DNA from: Ostreococcus lucimarinus | Taxonomy: Eukaryota | DNA length: 64,000 bases | Reading direction: 5' to 3' (one strand) | NCBI GenBank assembly: GCA_000092065.1 | Contig: CP000594.1 | Shown here: in pieces, positions 48,907 through 59,141 of the stretch | How the letters are laid out: each line of letters opens with the position of its first letter | How positions within the stretch are numbered: position 1 is the first letter of the stretch | Translations under genes and position numbers: made by a program | Notes under the pieces: model-generated | What the model saw: only the letters and a program-made list of their open reading frames with translations | Told to the model about the DNA's origin: nothing | Database searches by the model: none

Positions 48907-50421
48907 TTACGAGACGACGCAGCACCCCGGTTGGGCGTCGGGCTCGTTGGCGTACTTATCCACCATGGGTTCTAATTCAGCGATGATTTCCAAGAAACTC
49001 GGACGCTTTTTCACCAAAGGATCCCACATGCGAGCGACGAGGGCGGCGAGCTCGGGGGGCATGTAACCCTCACGAATGGGCGGCCGCAGGTTCTCCAGGC
49101 TCGCCGCCCTGCACGCGTCGACGGGATTTCGACCGGCGAATGGTTGTTGGAAACTGAAGAGCTGGTAGTAAATCATCGATGCCGCGTACACGTCTACGGC
49201 TGGACCGTAGAACTCGTGGCGGAAAACTTCTGGGGCCATGTATCGGTACGATCCGGTCTCGCCCGTCATGTTAAACGCTTGCGACATTTCTTGCGGAAGC
49301 TTGTTGCGCACCGACAACGTCTTGGAGAGGCCGAAATCACCAATCTTGAGCGTTCTATTCGCGGTCAACATCAAGTTTCCCGGCTTCAAATCACGATGAA
49401 TCACGGGAAGAGGCGAGCGACCGTGAAGGTACGCCATTCCTCTCGCGCAATCGAGCGCCATCTTCGTCGATAGCTTCAGCGGAAAGATTTCGTCGTTTCT
49501 GAAGAGCGTCTCCAAGCTTCCACCCGACATGTATTCGCTCACTATGGAAGTCAACCCGTCGTCGGAGACGGTGGTGCCCAGAAATTGCACGATGTGCGGA
49601 TGATGCAGCTGCTGCATTATCTTCAGTTCCAATCTAAATTCCGCCTGCGCGACTTCGTCCGCGTTGAGGTGCTTGTGCAACTGCTTCAAGCACACGCGCG
49701 TGCCTCGCCACAAGCCGCTGTACACGACACCGAACGCGCCGGCGCCGATTTCCGCGACGTTTGAGAACTCACCATCGGGAATTTCCCACGCCATCGTATC
49801 CGCCGGGAGCTGCGTATGGAACACCCCGGAAAGATGCGACTCCTCCAGCGGCACAAACGTGCCACTGACCCTGTCTTTGATCTTGGCGCCGTTCTTCGCG
49901 AGCATCTTCACCAAGTCGCTGTGATTACCGTAGACCGCGCTTTCTAACGGCGTCGACCCCCATCTATCGACTGGATTGATCGTCACTCCAGATTTTACTA
50001 ACCAGTCCGCCACCGCAAACGACCCCTCGCTCGCCGCGACGTGCAACGGCGTCCGATTGTCGTAGTCGCTGAAATTCTCGCTCGTAATCGTCTTCTTCGA
50101 CCGCTCTAAAACTCGTTTCAAACGTTTCAAATTCCCCGTGGACGAGCAAAACAACAATTCACTGGTCAAGTGTCTCTCGGTGTACTGTAAAAACTTCGCC
50201 GTCCCGGGTTTATTCGTCGCGTCGTCCCCGCTCGTGGCGTCTCCGTCGCTGTGCCTTCCGAGCGAGCTGTCGTTGGTCAAGTCCTCGGTGCTGTCAAACT
50301 CACTCATATCGACCCGATACGGCGCCCGGATCCCCGGCGACGCGCCGACGGGTAACGCATCGTTCGCCATGCGCTGTCCACTGTCGCTGTCGAGGCTTTT
50401 ACGCGGGCTCGCGGGCGCCAT
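48907..50421 (-). CDS. Ankyrin-repeat Ser/Thr (dual-specificity-like) protein kinase
   Basis: ATG at 50421. Ankyrin repeats (TPLHVAASEGSFAVADWLVKSG...), then kinase subdomains (VCLKQL lysine region, HRDLKPGNLML, DFGLSK, YMAPE). Confidence 0.7.
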   Translation of the reverse strand: MAPASPRKSLDSDSGQRMANDALPVGASPGIRAPYRVDMSEFDSTEDLTNDSSLGRHSDGDATSGDDATNKPGTAKFLQYTERHLTSELLFCSSTGNLKRLKRVLERSKKTITSENFSDYDNRTPLHVAASEGSFAVADWLVKSGVTINPVDRWGSTPLESAVYGNHSDLVKMLAKNGAKIKDRVSGTFVPLEESHLSGVFHTQLPADTMAWEIPDGEFSNVAEIGAGAFGVVYSGLWRGTRVCLKQLHKHLNADEVAQAEFRLELKIMQQLHHPHIVQFLGTTVSDDGLTSIVSEYMSGGSLETLFRNDEIFPLKLSTKMALDCARGMAYLHGRSPLPVIHRDLKPGNLMLTANRTLKIGDFGLSKTLSVRNKLPQEMSQAFNMTGETGSYRYMAPEVFRHEFYGPAVDVYAASMIYYQLFSFQQPFAGRNPVDACRAASLENLRPPIREGYMPPELAALVARMWDPLVKKRPSFLEIIAELEPMVDKYANEPDAQPGCCVVS

Positions 50422-50909
50422 TATTTCTTGCCGCCGTTATTTTAGGCTAGGTCTGCGAATGCCGCGACGACGACGACGACGACGGCGGCGCGACGCGCGC
50501 GCGCGCGATGCGGCGAGCGACGCCGCGGACGATGCGCGCGCGCGCGTTCGCGCGACCTCACGCGGTTCGACGCGCGGTGGCGTTCGTGAGAGCGCGACCG
50601 AGGGCGTCGACCACGCGGCGGCGGACGACGAATGCGGTTCGACGCGGGACGGCGCGCGGTCGGAGATTTCCAGACTGCGGGCGCGATCGACGCGCGCGAA
50701 CGCGCCTCGCGGAGGGAGATGCCGCGGACGCGAGCGCGCTTCGAAAGACGAAAGACGAAATATGAAAGCGAGAAGTCTAGGGAAATCGTGTATTTAATCG
50801 AAGAATCAGAATGCGTCGAGAAGATGAGCGGACGAGAAGGGCGCGGCGCGGCGGGCGCCGAGTCAAAGTCGAAGCGCTCGAGCGGGACCTAGTGCGCGGT
50901 TGCCGGCGA

Positions 50910-53633
50910 TCACGCCAGCTTTTCCCCGCAAAACATGTAGTGCGTCGGGCGATAAGGCGTGTACGGCACGCGCCCTTCCTCTTCGGCGTAGTACACGGTC
51001 TTGTAGTCCTCGTTCGACAACAACCACTTGCGGTGTTCTTTGTTGAAGAAGACGCCGTCCATGGCGAACCACCACTTATATAATCGCTGATCCCAGGATC
51101 GCTCTCTACCCTCGCGAGTGACGAAATCAATCAACGCTAGGTTACCACCAGGGGCGACCAAATCACTCATGGTCTTCAACGCCTTCTTCCAATCGGGAAT
51201 CATCGTCAAGCAGTACGAGCACGTCACCAAATCCGCTTGCTTGGGCAACTTCTTCTTCACCGCGGCGCTGTTGATGTCACCCTCCACGAAGACCACTTGA
51301 GGCGCGAGACCGAGCTCCATCACGCGTTCGCGCGCCATTTCAAGTAGGGCGTCAGATAAATCGCACAAGTACACCTTGGTGTTGCACTTTCTCACGTGAC
51401 CGACGACGAACTCAACGTCGCGCGCCGTGCCGCAGCCGACAGAAATCCAAGTCTTCGGTTCTTTCGCCCACGGAATGACGTGGCGCATGAACAAATCACG
51501 AGCGGGTAACAACGCCTCGCGGAAACCGTCGTAGTTCTTGCCCTGTTTCTTGTAGAACTCGCGCACATCCTTCACTTTGCTCAAGCCTTGCTTTGCCATC
51601 GCCAACATAACCGAGACATCCGCCCCGAACGAGTTCGTGAACGTGCGACCGCTGCCCTTTTGCACGATCATCTCCGGATTATAGTTTTTCGGCGTAGGCG
51701 CGATAAACTGCGTGAGATACCAGCCAACGCGATCGTAATCTGGTACTAGAGTTCCATCGAGATGCGCGAGCACCGGAGAGTGCACGCAATCGGCGAACGA
51801 ACGCCAAAAGATGCGACCCTTTTCCTTATCCATGTTCGCCACCACCTTTGAAATGTTCTCCGCAATCATCTCCGCCGGCATCCAGTCCATGGAATCGAGC
51901 AGCGAAGCGATGGTGATCGAGCCCGGGCCTTCGCGAACGGCGGCATCAGCCCAGGTACCGTGGAAGAGGTCGACGCGGTCGACTCTCTTCTTCAGGTTGG
52001 TAAAGTTCTTCTTCTCCAAGTAGCGCGGGCAGCAATCGGGAGCGAATTCACCGACGATGTAGCCGTAGTAGAAGTAGTTATTAGGCTTCCACACACGCAC
52101 CTTGAGGACTTCCACCAAGCGATCGGCGAACACCTCCGGGTTGCGGCTCAACAAGTTGAGTTGCTCGAGAGGCACGCCGCCTAGCGGCGCGATCCAACTC
52201 CACAAGAACGTCATCGAGCACAACTTCAACGTCAACCAGAAAAAGATGCCGCCCGGACTATCTTCAAACTGTTCGCGGTTCATCACGCGTCTGCGCATGC
52301 CCGACAGGCGCAGCGGAAAGCACAAAATTTTCGCCATCAGACCAGACGTGCCGGCGTACATGAAGTTGTCTCGGAACAAGTTGTGATTGTCATCCCAAAA
52401 CTCAGCGGTTTCGGGCTTGAGCAGCGGGCGTAACTTGGACTCGTAGACAGATGTGAACACTTTGTAGTTCGAGCGACCCCAAATGTCGAAGAACTGCTCC
52501 CAGTTCAACGCACGAATGCACGCCAGCTTGAGCTCGAGGGTGTGCAACTGCGCGGCGTTCATGTCGACGGCGATGATCTTCTTCGGACCTTGGCACAGGT
52601 AGTCCAGAACGTTGCAGCCAGCGGAAGAGATCGTCAGAACCACGTCTTGGTCGTTCATGTGCATCACCTTGTGATCGACCGCGGGATCTTCCCAAGAAAT
52701 ATTGTAGATGATTTTCTTGCGGCCGATGGACGTCATGATGAAGTTTTGCGTGTACACATCGTGCACAACGACGCCAAAACGATACATAAAGATCAAGAGA
52801 ATGGTCGCGTGCATGACAATAATTGGGACCGACGGCGGCTGAGTGTACTTGGTGTAAACCAAGTCGTACGCCGCGTAGGCGTGCGCCATCGTGTTCGCCG
52901 CCAACATCATCGCGAAGAGCACGAGCTTCCCCTTGAAAGGCATGCGCTTACGACCGTGCGAACGCATCAAGTATCCACGAACCCAACGCTGGAACTCTTT
53001 TACGTGCAGCATTAACAGACTGAGGCCGACGGTGAACACAAGAGTAGAGAACTGCGCCGCCTTGTAAATCAACACCGTGTGGAACACGATGCGGGTGAGA
53101 AAGTACAAGACGCCAAACAGCAAGCTCGGTCGCTGCTTGTTTTGCACTTCGTGGAACGCCAACAACATGATCGGCAGCTCTTCCACGAGCGCAATGGCAA
53201 ACAAGGACGTGAGACCGTCGTGAATCAAGTATGCGCACACCGCGATGTACAAAAAGTGGTGCGTCCAGCCGTCGTCGTACGTCAGCAAGTTTTCGTAGTG
53301 CATGCTGCCGAGAAACAAGTCCATGATGCAGTAACCGATGAAGAATATAGCGGCGTATCGCGACAAATCCGTTTCGTTGTCAATCGTCGCCGTGAACCCG
53401 TCGTGGCAGACGTGGTAAAACAAGTACAACCCGACGAAGGATGTGACAAAGGACGAGTACAGCGTCAAGTACCACGAGTGATCGGGAAGCTTTAAGAAGC
53501 GCAAAAAGTAGTACACGAACGCGCACGCGATCATGTTCGACCCTAAGAGTATCATATCATTACCAGAAAATCGCACGTTCTCCGCCAAGAACTGCGCCAT
53601 CTGCGCCGACGCCGTCGCGATTTGAGCCACCAT
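50910..53633 (-). CDS. BTA1: Betaine-lipid (DGTS) synthase-like fusion: an N-terminal ~300-aa polytopic membrane module (TLC-like), a BtaA-like AdoMet:DAG 3-amino-3-carboxypropyl transferase domain, and a C-terminal BtaB-like SAM N-methyltransferase domain
   Basis: ATG at about 53633. BtaA-type block IIYNISWEDPAVDHKVMHMNDQDVVLTISSAGCNVLDYL. C-terminal class-I methyltransferase motif ISVGCGTARDVEFVV...YLCDLSDALLEMARE. N-terminus has about 7 hydrophobic helices. Confidence 0.7.
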   Translation of the reverse strand: MVAQIATASAQMAQFLAENVRFSGNDMILLGSNMIACAFVYYFLRFLKLPDHSWYLTLYSSFVTSFVGLYLFYHVCHDGFTATIDNETDLSRYAAIFFIGYCIMDLFLGSMHYENLLTYDDGWTHHFLYIAVCAYLIHDGLTSLFAIALVEELPIMLLAFHEVQNKQRPSLLFGVLYFLTRIVFHTVLIYKAAQFSTLVFTVGLSLLMLHVKEFQRWVRGYLMRSHGRKRMPFKGKLVLFAMMLAANTMAHAYAAYDLVYTKYTQPPSVPIIVMHATILLIFMYRFGVVVHDVYTQNFIMTSIGRKKIIYNISWEDPAVDHKVMHMNDQDVVLTISSAGCNVLDYLCQGPKKIIAVDMNAAQLHTLELKLACIRALNWEQFFDIWGRSNYKVFTSVYESKLRPLLKPETAEFWDDNHNLFRDNFMYAGTSGLMAKILCFPLRLSGMRRRVMNREQFEDSPGGIFFWLTLKLCSMTFLWSWIAPLGGVPLEQLNLLSRNPEVFADRLVEVLKVRVWKPNNYFYYGYIVGEFAPDCCPRYLEKKNFTNLKKRVDRVDLFHGTWADAAVREGPGSITIASLLDSMDWMPAEMIAENISKVVANMDKEKGRIFWRSFADCVHSPVLAHLDGTLVPDYDRVGWYLTQFIAPTPKNYNPEMIVQKGSGRTFTNSFGADVSVMLAMAKQGLSKVKDVREFYKKQGKNYDGFREALLPARDLFMRHVIPWAKEPKTWISVGCGTARDVEFVVGHVRKCNTKVYLCDLSDALLEMARERVMELGLAPQVVFVEGDINSAAVKKKLPKQADLVTCSYCLTMIPDWKKALKTMSDLVAPGGNLALIDFVTREGRERSWDQRLYKWWFAMDGVFFNKEHRKWLLSNEDYKTVYYAEEEGRVPYTPYRPTHYMFCGEKLA

Positions 53634-54276
53634 GTCGAGCGTCTCCTTCGTCTCCTACGAGCGCGTCAAAAATCACCACACGTCAGTCGATGCGCCATGA
53701 TCAACGCCTTCCTCGCTGGCAGATCCATCATTCTATGCGTTCACATCGCAGCCATCGCTCGCTCGTTCGCCACGATGGAATTTCCCTCGCATCCTCGCCC
53801 GCGCGTTCGCGAGATCGCCCGTCACTATCCACAAGCGCCTCGCCGCGAGCCGTCCCGGTCCCCGCCGCGCCCGTTCGCGTCCATTCGCGCGTCCGAGTCC
53901 ACTCGAGCGTTTCGAGCGCGCGTCTTTCGCGCGTTTCCCCGACGCGCGCGCGCGCGCGTCCACCGTGGACGCCGCACCGCGCGCGAACGCGTCGCATATT
54001 CCATCGGCGCGAACTTTTCGACGGCGACCGATCGTCGTCGTCGTCGCGCGCGCGTCGTCGCGTCGCGTCGCATCGCTCGACGCACCGATGACTCGAACGC
54101 GTGCGCCCCGACGCGTCCGCACGACCGAGCGTCGTCGACTGCGGTGACGTCGCGCGTCTCGAAAGATGTGTTCGATGACGCGCACGAACCGGCCGCGCGT
54201 CGCCCGCTGTTTGATTATTTGGTTTTCGCGGCCGCGCGAGAAGGACGAGGCGACTACATACTCTTACAAATGCGCG

Positions 54277-54900
54277 CTAAAACGACGACGAAGGCGCGTC
54301 CCAAGCGGTGGTGGTGACGACCGTCCATCCCGCGCGCGCGGGCGCGCACGCGCGGCGAACGAGCGAGGCCAAGTCTTCGGCGACGCGCGCGGCGGCGCGC
54401 TTGGGCGGCGGGCGCGCGAACTCTCGCGAGACGACGCTCGAGCGTTCGGTGGAAGCCGCGTCGACGGCGACGCGCACGAACACTCTCGGGACGCTTCCAG
54501 CGTATGATTCCGCCCACGCCGCGTTCGTGCTCACGTCGCGGACGCAGAGCGCGAAATCTCGCAGGCACTCGAGCGAGGCGCCGGGCGGCGCGCGGGCGGC
54601 GGCGTCCACGGCGGCGTCGAGCTTGTCTTTCAGACCGTCGCACAGACAGCATCCGGGCTTGGTGTACACCACGATGGTGTTCGCGGCGACGTCATCGTGC
54701 GCGCCGTCGTCCTCGTCGTCGTCGCGTGCGAATCCGTCGTCCGCGCGCGCGCGCGTCGTCGGTCGGCGCGTGGACATTCGCACGTGCACTCGAACCGTCG
54801 CGCTCGGACGCGCTCGAGACGCTCGAGACGCGCGAGATGCGCGAGACGTCGACGCGTCGAGCGTGCGGGACGCCGCGACGTCGACTCGGGCGAGGGACAT
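54277..54900 (-). CDS. Glutaredoxin-like (thioredoxin-fold, DUF836-type) protein with an N-terminal targeting extension
   Basis: Motif IVVYTKPGCCLCDGLKDKLDAAV plus ...SVPRVFV. Start uncertain: ATG at 54900 or 54777. The track start at 55062 is non-ATG. The region is very GC-rich, so confidence is limited. Confidence 0.4.
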   Translation of the reverse strand: MSLARVDVAASRTLDASTSRASRASRASRARPSATVRVHVRMSTRRPTTRARADDGFARDDDEDDGAHDDVAANTIVVYTKPGCCLCDGLKDKLDAAVDAAARAPPGASLECLRDFALCVRDVSTNAAWAESYAGSVPRVFVRVAVDAASTERSSVVSREFARPPPKRAAARVAEDLASLVRRACAPARAGWTVVTTTAWDAPSSSF

Positions 54901-55129
54901 CGCGAGTCGAACGACGCGGCGTCGCGAAGTGTCGTACGCGCCGCGCGGCGGTTGGCGAGCGCGGGCGTCGCCGGCGGCGTTCTGCGACGGACGCGACGGG
55001 CGGGATTCGCGATGTGGGTGCGATTCACGATGTGTATCAACATAACATACACGTACGCCCACATCGCAAGGTGGTGAGTGGATGGCTAAGAAATCCTAAG
55101 AGATTGTGAACGAGCGCGAGCTCGCTCGT

Positions 55130-55240
55130 TTACTTCTTCGCGCCCTTCTTCTTCGCCGCTCGCGCCTTAATCTCACGGAGCGCCGCATCACGCGCCGCGG
55201 CGCGCACTTCCGGCTTTTCGTTACGCTTCTTCGCGAGCAC
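55130..55240 (-). CDS. RPL24: 60S ribosomal protein eL24 (RPL24), exon 3 (VLAKKRNEKPEVRAAARDAALREIKARAAKKKGAKK-stop)
   Basis: Acceptor CAG (RC of 55241-55243). Conserved KRNxKPEVR motif. TAA stop at 55130-55132. Confidence 0.7.
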   Translation of the reverse strand: MLAKKRNEKPEVRAAARDAALREIKARAAKKKGAKK

Positions 55241-55479
55241 CTGTGAAGTTGCGGTGATGATCACCACTCGTCAGTCTCTCGTTCGCGTCGGTTCGCCTCG
55301 CGATTTGAAACCCTCGCCGCGCGACGCGTCGCGTTCGTCGATGCATCCATCGATCGCGACGGCCGCCCTGACCGTGCGTCGACGACCGCATCGCCTTGCC
55401 TCGCGCTCGACTCCACCCATAGTCATCGCGCGCCGTCCATTCGACGTCTCTCCGCGCGCGTCGCTCGTCGTCGACGCAC

Positions 55480-55563
55480 CTCCAAGGAAGCCCCAACCAA
55501 AGATCGCGTGAACGCGCTCTTGTTCACCCGTCGCTTCTTCGTGCGAGTGCTAGCTTCGATGTC
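55480..55563 (-). CDS. RPL24: RPL24 exon 2 (DIEASTRTKKRRVNKSAFTRSLVGASLE)
   Basis: Acceptor CAG (RC of 55564-55566). GTGCGT donor (RC of 55474-55479). 28 codons. Aligns with human [26 protein letters not shown]. Confidence 0.65.
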
Positions 55564-55801
55564 CTGCGTCGCGAAAACGAAATAATATCCAGTCAATCAT
55601 CGACGTCACTCGATCGCGCGATCATCGCCGCGCGCGTCGGTCGTCGCGAACGACGATCGTTCGCCGAAGCCCTAACGACGATCGCCGATGGCTGGTGCGC
55701 GCGCTCGCACGCCGCGCGCGCGTTCTCCCGCGCCTCGCGCGCGCGCGAGCGAGAGAGGTGAAATATTCGACATCGATCCCTCGTCGCGTCGTCCTCCTCA
55801 C

Positions 55802-55990
55802 CTTCTTGTGCGCCTTGCGGTACGTCGTCGTCCACGCCAACTTGGCGGGTTTCTTCTTTTGCGCGTGCATCTTCTTCGACTTGCCGTTCAGGAACAGGAA
55901 CGTCGTGGAGTCGATCTTCGTCAGGCGCGTGCCGTGGCCGGGGTAGACGCGCAGCCCGCTGAACGCGCACTTCTCGGTCTTGAGCACCAT
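55802..55990 (-). CDS. RPL24: RPL24 exon 1 (MVLKTEKCAFSGLRVYPGHGTRLTKIDSTTFLFLNGKSKK...YRKAHKK)
   Basis: ATG at 55990. GTGAGG donor (RC of 55796-55801). 63 codons. Strongly conserved eL24 N-terminal zinc-binding-like region. Confidence 0.8.
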
Positions 55991-56211
55991 GACGTCGGCG
56001 GTTCGCTCGCGTCGCGGAGAGACGGTCTGGCGACGACGCGCGGGGCGTCCGTCGAGCGGTCACGTGCGCGCCTCGGGACGGGGTTTTGTGGTCCGTGTGA
56101 CGCGCGACTGGTCGACCGGTCGAGTCTCGCGCCGACCGACGGTTCGTCACCGTCCGTCGCGCGTCGTCGTCGCGCGCGCGCTCGACGTCGAATCGCGCGG
56201 GCGAGGCGCGA

Positions 56212-58650
56212 ATGCGAGCGATCGCTCGAATGGTGCTCGCGGTGGCCGGTGCGGTGATCCTGGCGCGTCGCGCGAACGCGCCGAAGGGGCGAAGATTGTC
56301 GCGGACGAGGACGAAGACGCGCGGCGAACGCGCGGCGGCGACGAAGGAAAGCGGCGACGGGGGGGGCGAGCGAGGGCGAGACGACGACGTGAACGATGCG
56401 GAGGACGCGAACGCGCGGCGCGCGTACGCGGACGACGCGAACGCGCCGGAGAAACCTCGAGCGAGGCGCGAGACGCGTCTCGTAAAGTTTGGCGTCGTCG
56501 AGGGCGAGAACCGCGGCGAGGACGCGATGGATCCAGCGCGGACGATAGAGGACGATTTGTTTTGGTTGCGAGACGACGAACGGAAGAGCGATGAGATTTT
56601 AAAGCACTTGGAGCGGGAAAATGCGTACACGGAAGCGCACACTGAACATCTGAAAAAATTGGAGACGAAGATTTACGAAGAAATCATCGCGACGATTGAA
56701 GAGACGGATGTGGACGTGCGCTTCGCGTGGGGCGATCGTCACGAGTATTGGGTCAAGACGCAAAAGGGCAAGGCGTATCCGATCATTTATCGATGCGAGC
56801 GCGCGAATGGAAAGCACGTGGAGAAGGTTTTGGACGTCAACGAGGTCGCCGCCGAGATGAAGTATTGCTCGCTCGGCGGGTTCAAGCCGTCGCCCACGCA
56901 CGACGTGTTAGCGTATGCCATCGACGCCACGGGGTTCGAAACGTACACGGTTCGGTTCAAGGACTTGAATACGAATGAGCTCTTGGACGACGTCCTCGAG
57001 GGATGCGCGGGCGGCGTGAGCTGGGGAGGCGGCGTCAATCGCGAGGTGTATTACTCGACGATGGACGACGCTCATCGCCCGGACAAGGTGTGGCGCCACA
57101 CCATGGGAACGCCGCAATCGAGCGACGTGTGCGTGCTCGAAGAGCCTGACGAGTTGTTTAACGTCGGGTTCTCGCGAACGTCGAGCGGACGATACATGAT
57201 GCTCGAGTCTGAATCCACGGAAGAAAACGAGTGTTATGTCATCGATTTGGACGCCGCGGACGCGGCGCCGGATGTGCGTCTTGTGCAAAAGCGATCGCCA
57301 CTCCATCGGTACTACTTGGAACATCGAGGCGATACGTTTTACGTGCTGACGAACAAGGACGAGAAGATAAATTTCGAGCTCTTGATGACGCCCGTCGACG
57401 CCTTAGGGCAAGACAACTGGGTGCCAGTCGTCGACGGCGCCGGCGCGCCGGTGTTCGCGTACGACGATAAACGCACGCTCGAAAGTTTCTTCGCCTGTAA
57501 GAACCACCTCGTCATCGATGGTCGCGAAAACGGCTTCAGCGCGATGTGGGTCGTGCGTCTGAGCGAGGAAAGCGGCGAGGTGGTCGACTGGCACAAGACG
57601 GAGTGGCCGAGCGAAAACGCCCTCGTGTACCCAAGCGTCGCCGGTGAGACGCTTCGATGTGTCGGCGCCAATCAAGTGTGGGACACAAACGAGATTTACG
57701 TGTCGTATTCCTCGCTCAATCAGCCGCGCACAGTGTACAAGTACGACATGAACACCAAGTCAAAGAAGGAGATGAAAAAGACTCCGGTGAAGGGCTTCGA
57801 TACGAGTAAGTATACAACGATGCGACTCGAAGTCACCGCGCGCGACGGCGTCAAGGTTCCGGTGTCCATCGCGTTTAAAACGAATTTGCGAGCGCACCGA
57901 GGACCACTGTTGTTGGAGGGTTACGGCTCTTACGGTATAAGCAACGATCCGGCTTTCATGCGCACGGCGGTGCCGCTTATGGACCGCGGCGTTACCATCG
58001 CTATAGCGCACATTCGTGGTGGTGGAGAGATGGGACGCGAGTGGTACGAGAAGCAAGGCAAGTACTTCACTAAGCTCAACACGTTTCATGATTTCATCGA
58101 CGTCGCCGAACATTTAGTGAGCACGGGGTGGACACAACCGAGCAAACTCGCGATTAGCGGTCGGAGCGCCGGCGGTTTGCTCATGGGGGCCACGCTCAAC
58201 ATGCGGCCGGACTTATTCCGATGCGTCGTTGCGGGCGTTCCGTTTGTGGACGTCATGGTGTCCATGTGCGATCCCTCGATTCCCTTGACCACGGGCGAGT
58301 GGCTGGAGTGGGGTAATCCGAACGTCGAGAAATATTTCGATTACATGATGAAGTACGCGCCTATGGAAAACATACGACCCATGGAGGTTGCCCCGGATGT
58401 GCTCATCACCGCGGGATTGTACGATCCGCGCGTCGCGTATTGGGAATCCGCCAAGTACGCCGCTCGTTTGCGCGATGCCGTCAAAAATGGTGCGCGCGTG
58501 TTGCTCAAGACAGATCTCAGCGCCGGTCACTTCAGCGCGAGCGACAGATATCAGCACTTCAAGCAAACCGCGTTCGAGCACGCGTTTACGCTCGAATGCC
58601 TCGGGCTCGCCGGTAAGAACGTCGCCCCGAAATGGATCTCATCAAAGTAG
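56212..58650 (+). CDS. Oligopeptidase B (prolyl oligopeptidase family S9A; PtrB-like)
   Basis: N-terminal beta-propeller (DDLFWLRDDERKSDEILKHLERENAYT) and a C-terminal peptidase domain with the catalytic Ser motif GRSAGGLL, plus GYGSYGIS. The exact start codon was not verified (+/-1 nt reading uncertainty). Confidence 0.8.
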   Translation: MRAIARMVLAVAGAVILARRANAPKGRRLSRTRTKTRGERAAATKESGDGGGERGRDDDVNDAEDANARRAYADDANAPEKPRARRETRLVKFGVVEGENRGEDAMDPARTIEDDLFWLRDDERKSDEILKHLERENAYTEAHTEHLKKLETKIYEEIIATIEETDVDVRFAWGDRHEYWVKTQKGKAYPIIYRCERANGKHVEKVLDVNEVAAEMKYCSLGGFKPSPTHDVLAYAIDATGFETYTVRFKDLNTNELLDDVLEGCAGGVSWGGGVNREVYYSTMDDAHRPDKVWRHTMGTPQSSDVCVLEEPDELFNVGFSRTSSGRYMMLESESTEENECYVIDLDAADAAPDVRLVQKRSPLHRYYLEHRGDTFYVLTNKDEKINFELLMTPVDALGQDNWVPVVDGAGAPVFAYDDKRTLESFFACKNHLVIDGRENGFSAMWVVRLSEESGEVVDWHKTEWPSENALVYPSVAGETLRCVGANQVWDTNEIYVSYSSLNQPRTVYKYDMNTKSKKEMKKTPVKGFDTSKYTTMRLEVTARDGVKVPVSIAFKTNLRAHRGPLLLEGYGSYGISNDPAFMRTAVPLMDRGVTIAIAHIRGGGEMGREWYEKQGKYFTKLNTFHDFIDVAEHLVSTGWTQPSKLAISGRSAGGLLMGATLNMRPDLFRCVVAGVPFVDVMVSMCDPSIPLTTGEWLEWGNPNVEKYFDYMMKYAPMENIRPMEVAPDVLITAGLYDPRVAYWESAKYAARLRDAVKNGARVLLKTDLSAGHFSASDRYQHFKQTAFEHAFTLECLGLAGKNVAPKWISSK

Positions 58651-58712
58651 GCCTATGTCATCGAATTGATTTATAACGCTATGTGTGCTATCGCGGCGCT
58701 CGCGCGTTCTCG

Positions 58713-59141
58713 TCAACCGCCGCCGAACCAACCTCGTCCGCGTCTCTCCTTCTCACGCTTTCGCGCATCTTCCAACCACTGCGGTGTGTGATACAAAAAC
58801 GGGTCGCGCGGTTCGTCCCCGACTTCGCTTCGCATGCACTTGACGAACAACGACCACGCCGGCGGCGTCGTCAGTAGAGGATTGCCCTCAAACAACGATT
58901 GCACCACGTCCTCGAGCCTATCGTTGCAACGATGTTGACGCGCGCGTTTGGTGGTCGCATACAACTCAATGCCGCCGCGATAACCGTGCGACGCTCGAGC
59001 CTTAGCACCGTCGTCTTCGGCGCTCGAACTCGCGGCGAACGCGAATCGAGACGATCGTCGCGGCTGCGACTCCGACGACGACGCGTCGTGCGCGGACGAC
59101 GCGCGCTCGACGTCGATCACGCGCGCGCCAACGCTCGCCAT
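58713..59141 (-). CDS. Hypothetical 142-aa protein
   Basis: Complete ORF in the short spacer between the oligopeptidase B and GCSH genes. Composition is protein-like in its C-terminal half (DPFLYHTPQWLEDARKREKE). No family recognised. Confidence 0.3.
   Translation of the reverse strand: MASVGARVIDVERASSAHDASSSESQPRRSSRFAFAASSSAEDDGAKARASHGYRGGIELYATTKRARQHRCNDRLEDVVQSLFEGNPLLTTPPAWSLFVKCMRSEVGDEPRDPFLYHTPQWLEDARKREKERRGRGWFGGG

Noticed and set aside
53622-54317. Plus-strand ORF (231 aa) in the BTA1/glutaredoxin spacer
   Set aside because: It starts inside the BTA1 start region. It is Arg/Ala/Ser-rich with no recognisable domain, consistent with GC-rich intergenic or 5'-flank sequence.
55622-55801. 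C-terminal 59 residues of ORF 55622..55990 (VRRTTRRGIDVEYFTSLARARARRG...)
   Set aside because: This is intronic read-through past the GTGAGG donor of RPL24 exon 1. The similarity of VRRTTRR to the eL24 KKRTRRAVK region is coincidental, since the genuine segment is encoded by exon 2 at 55480..55563.
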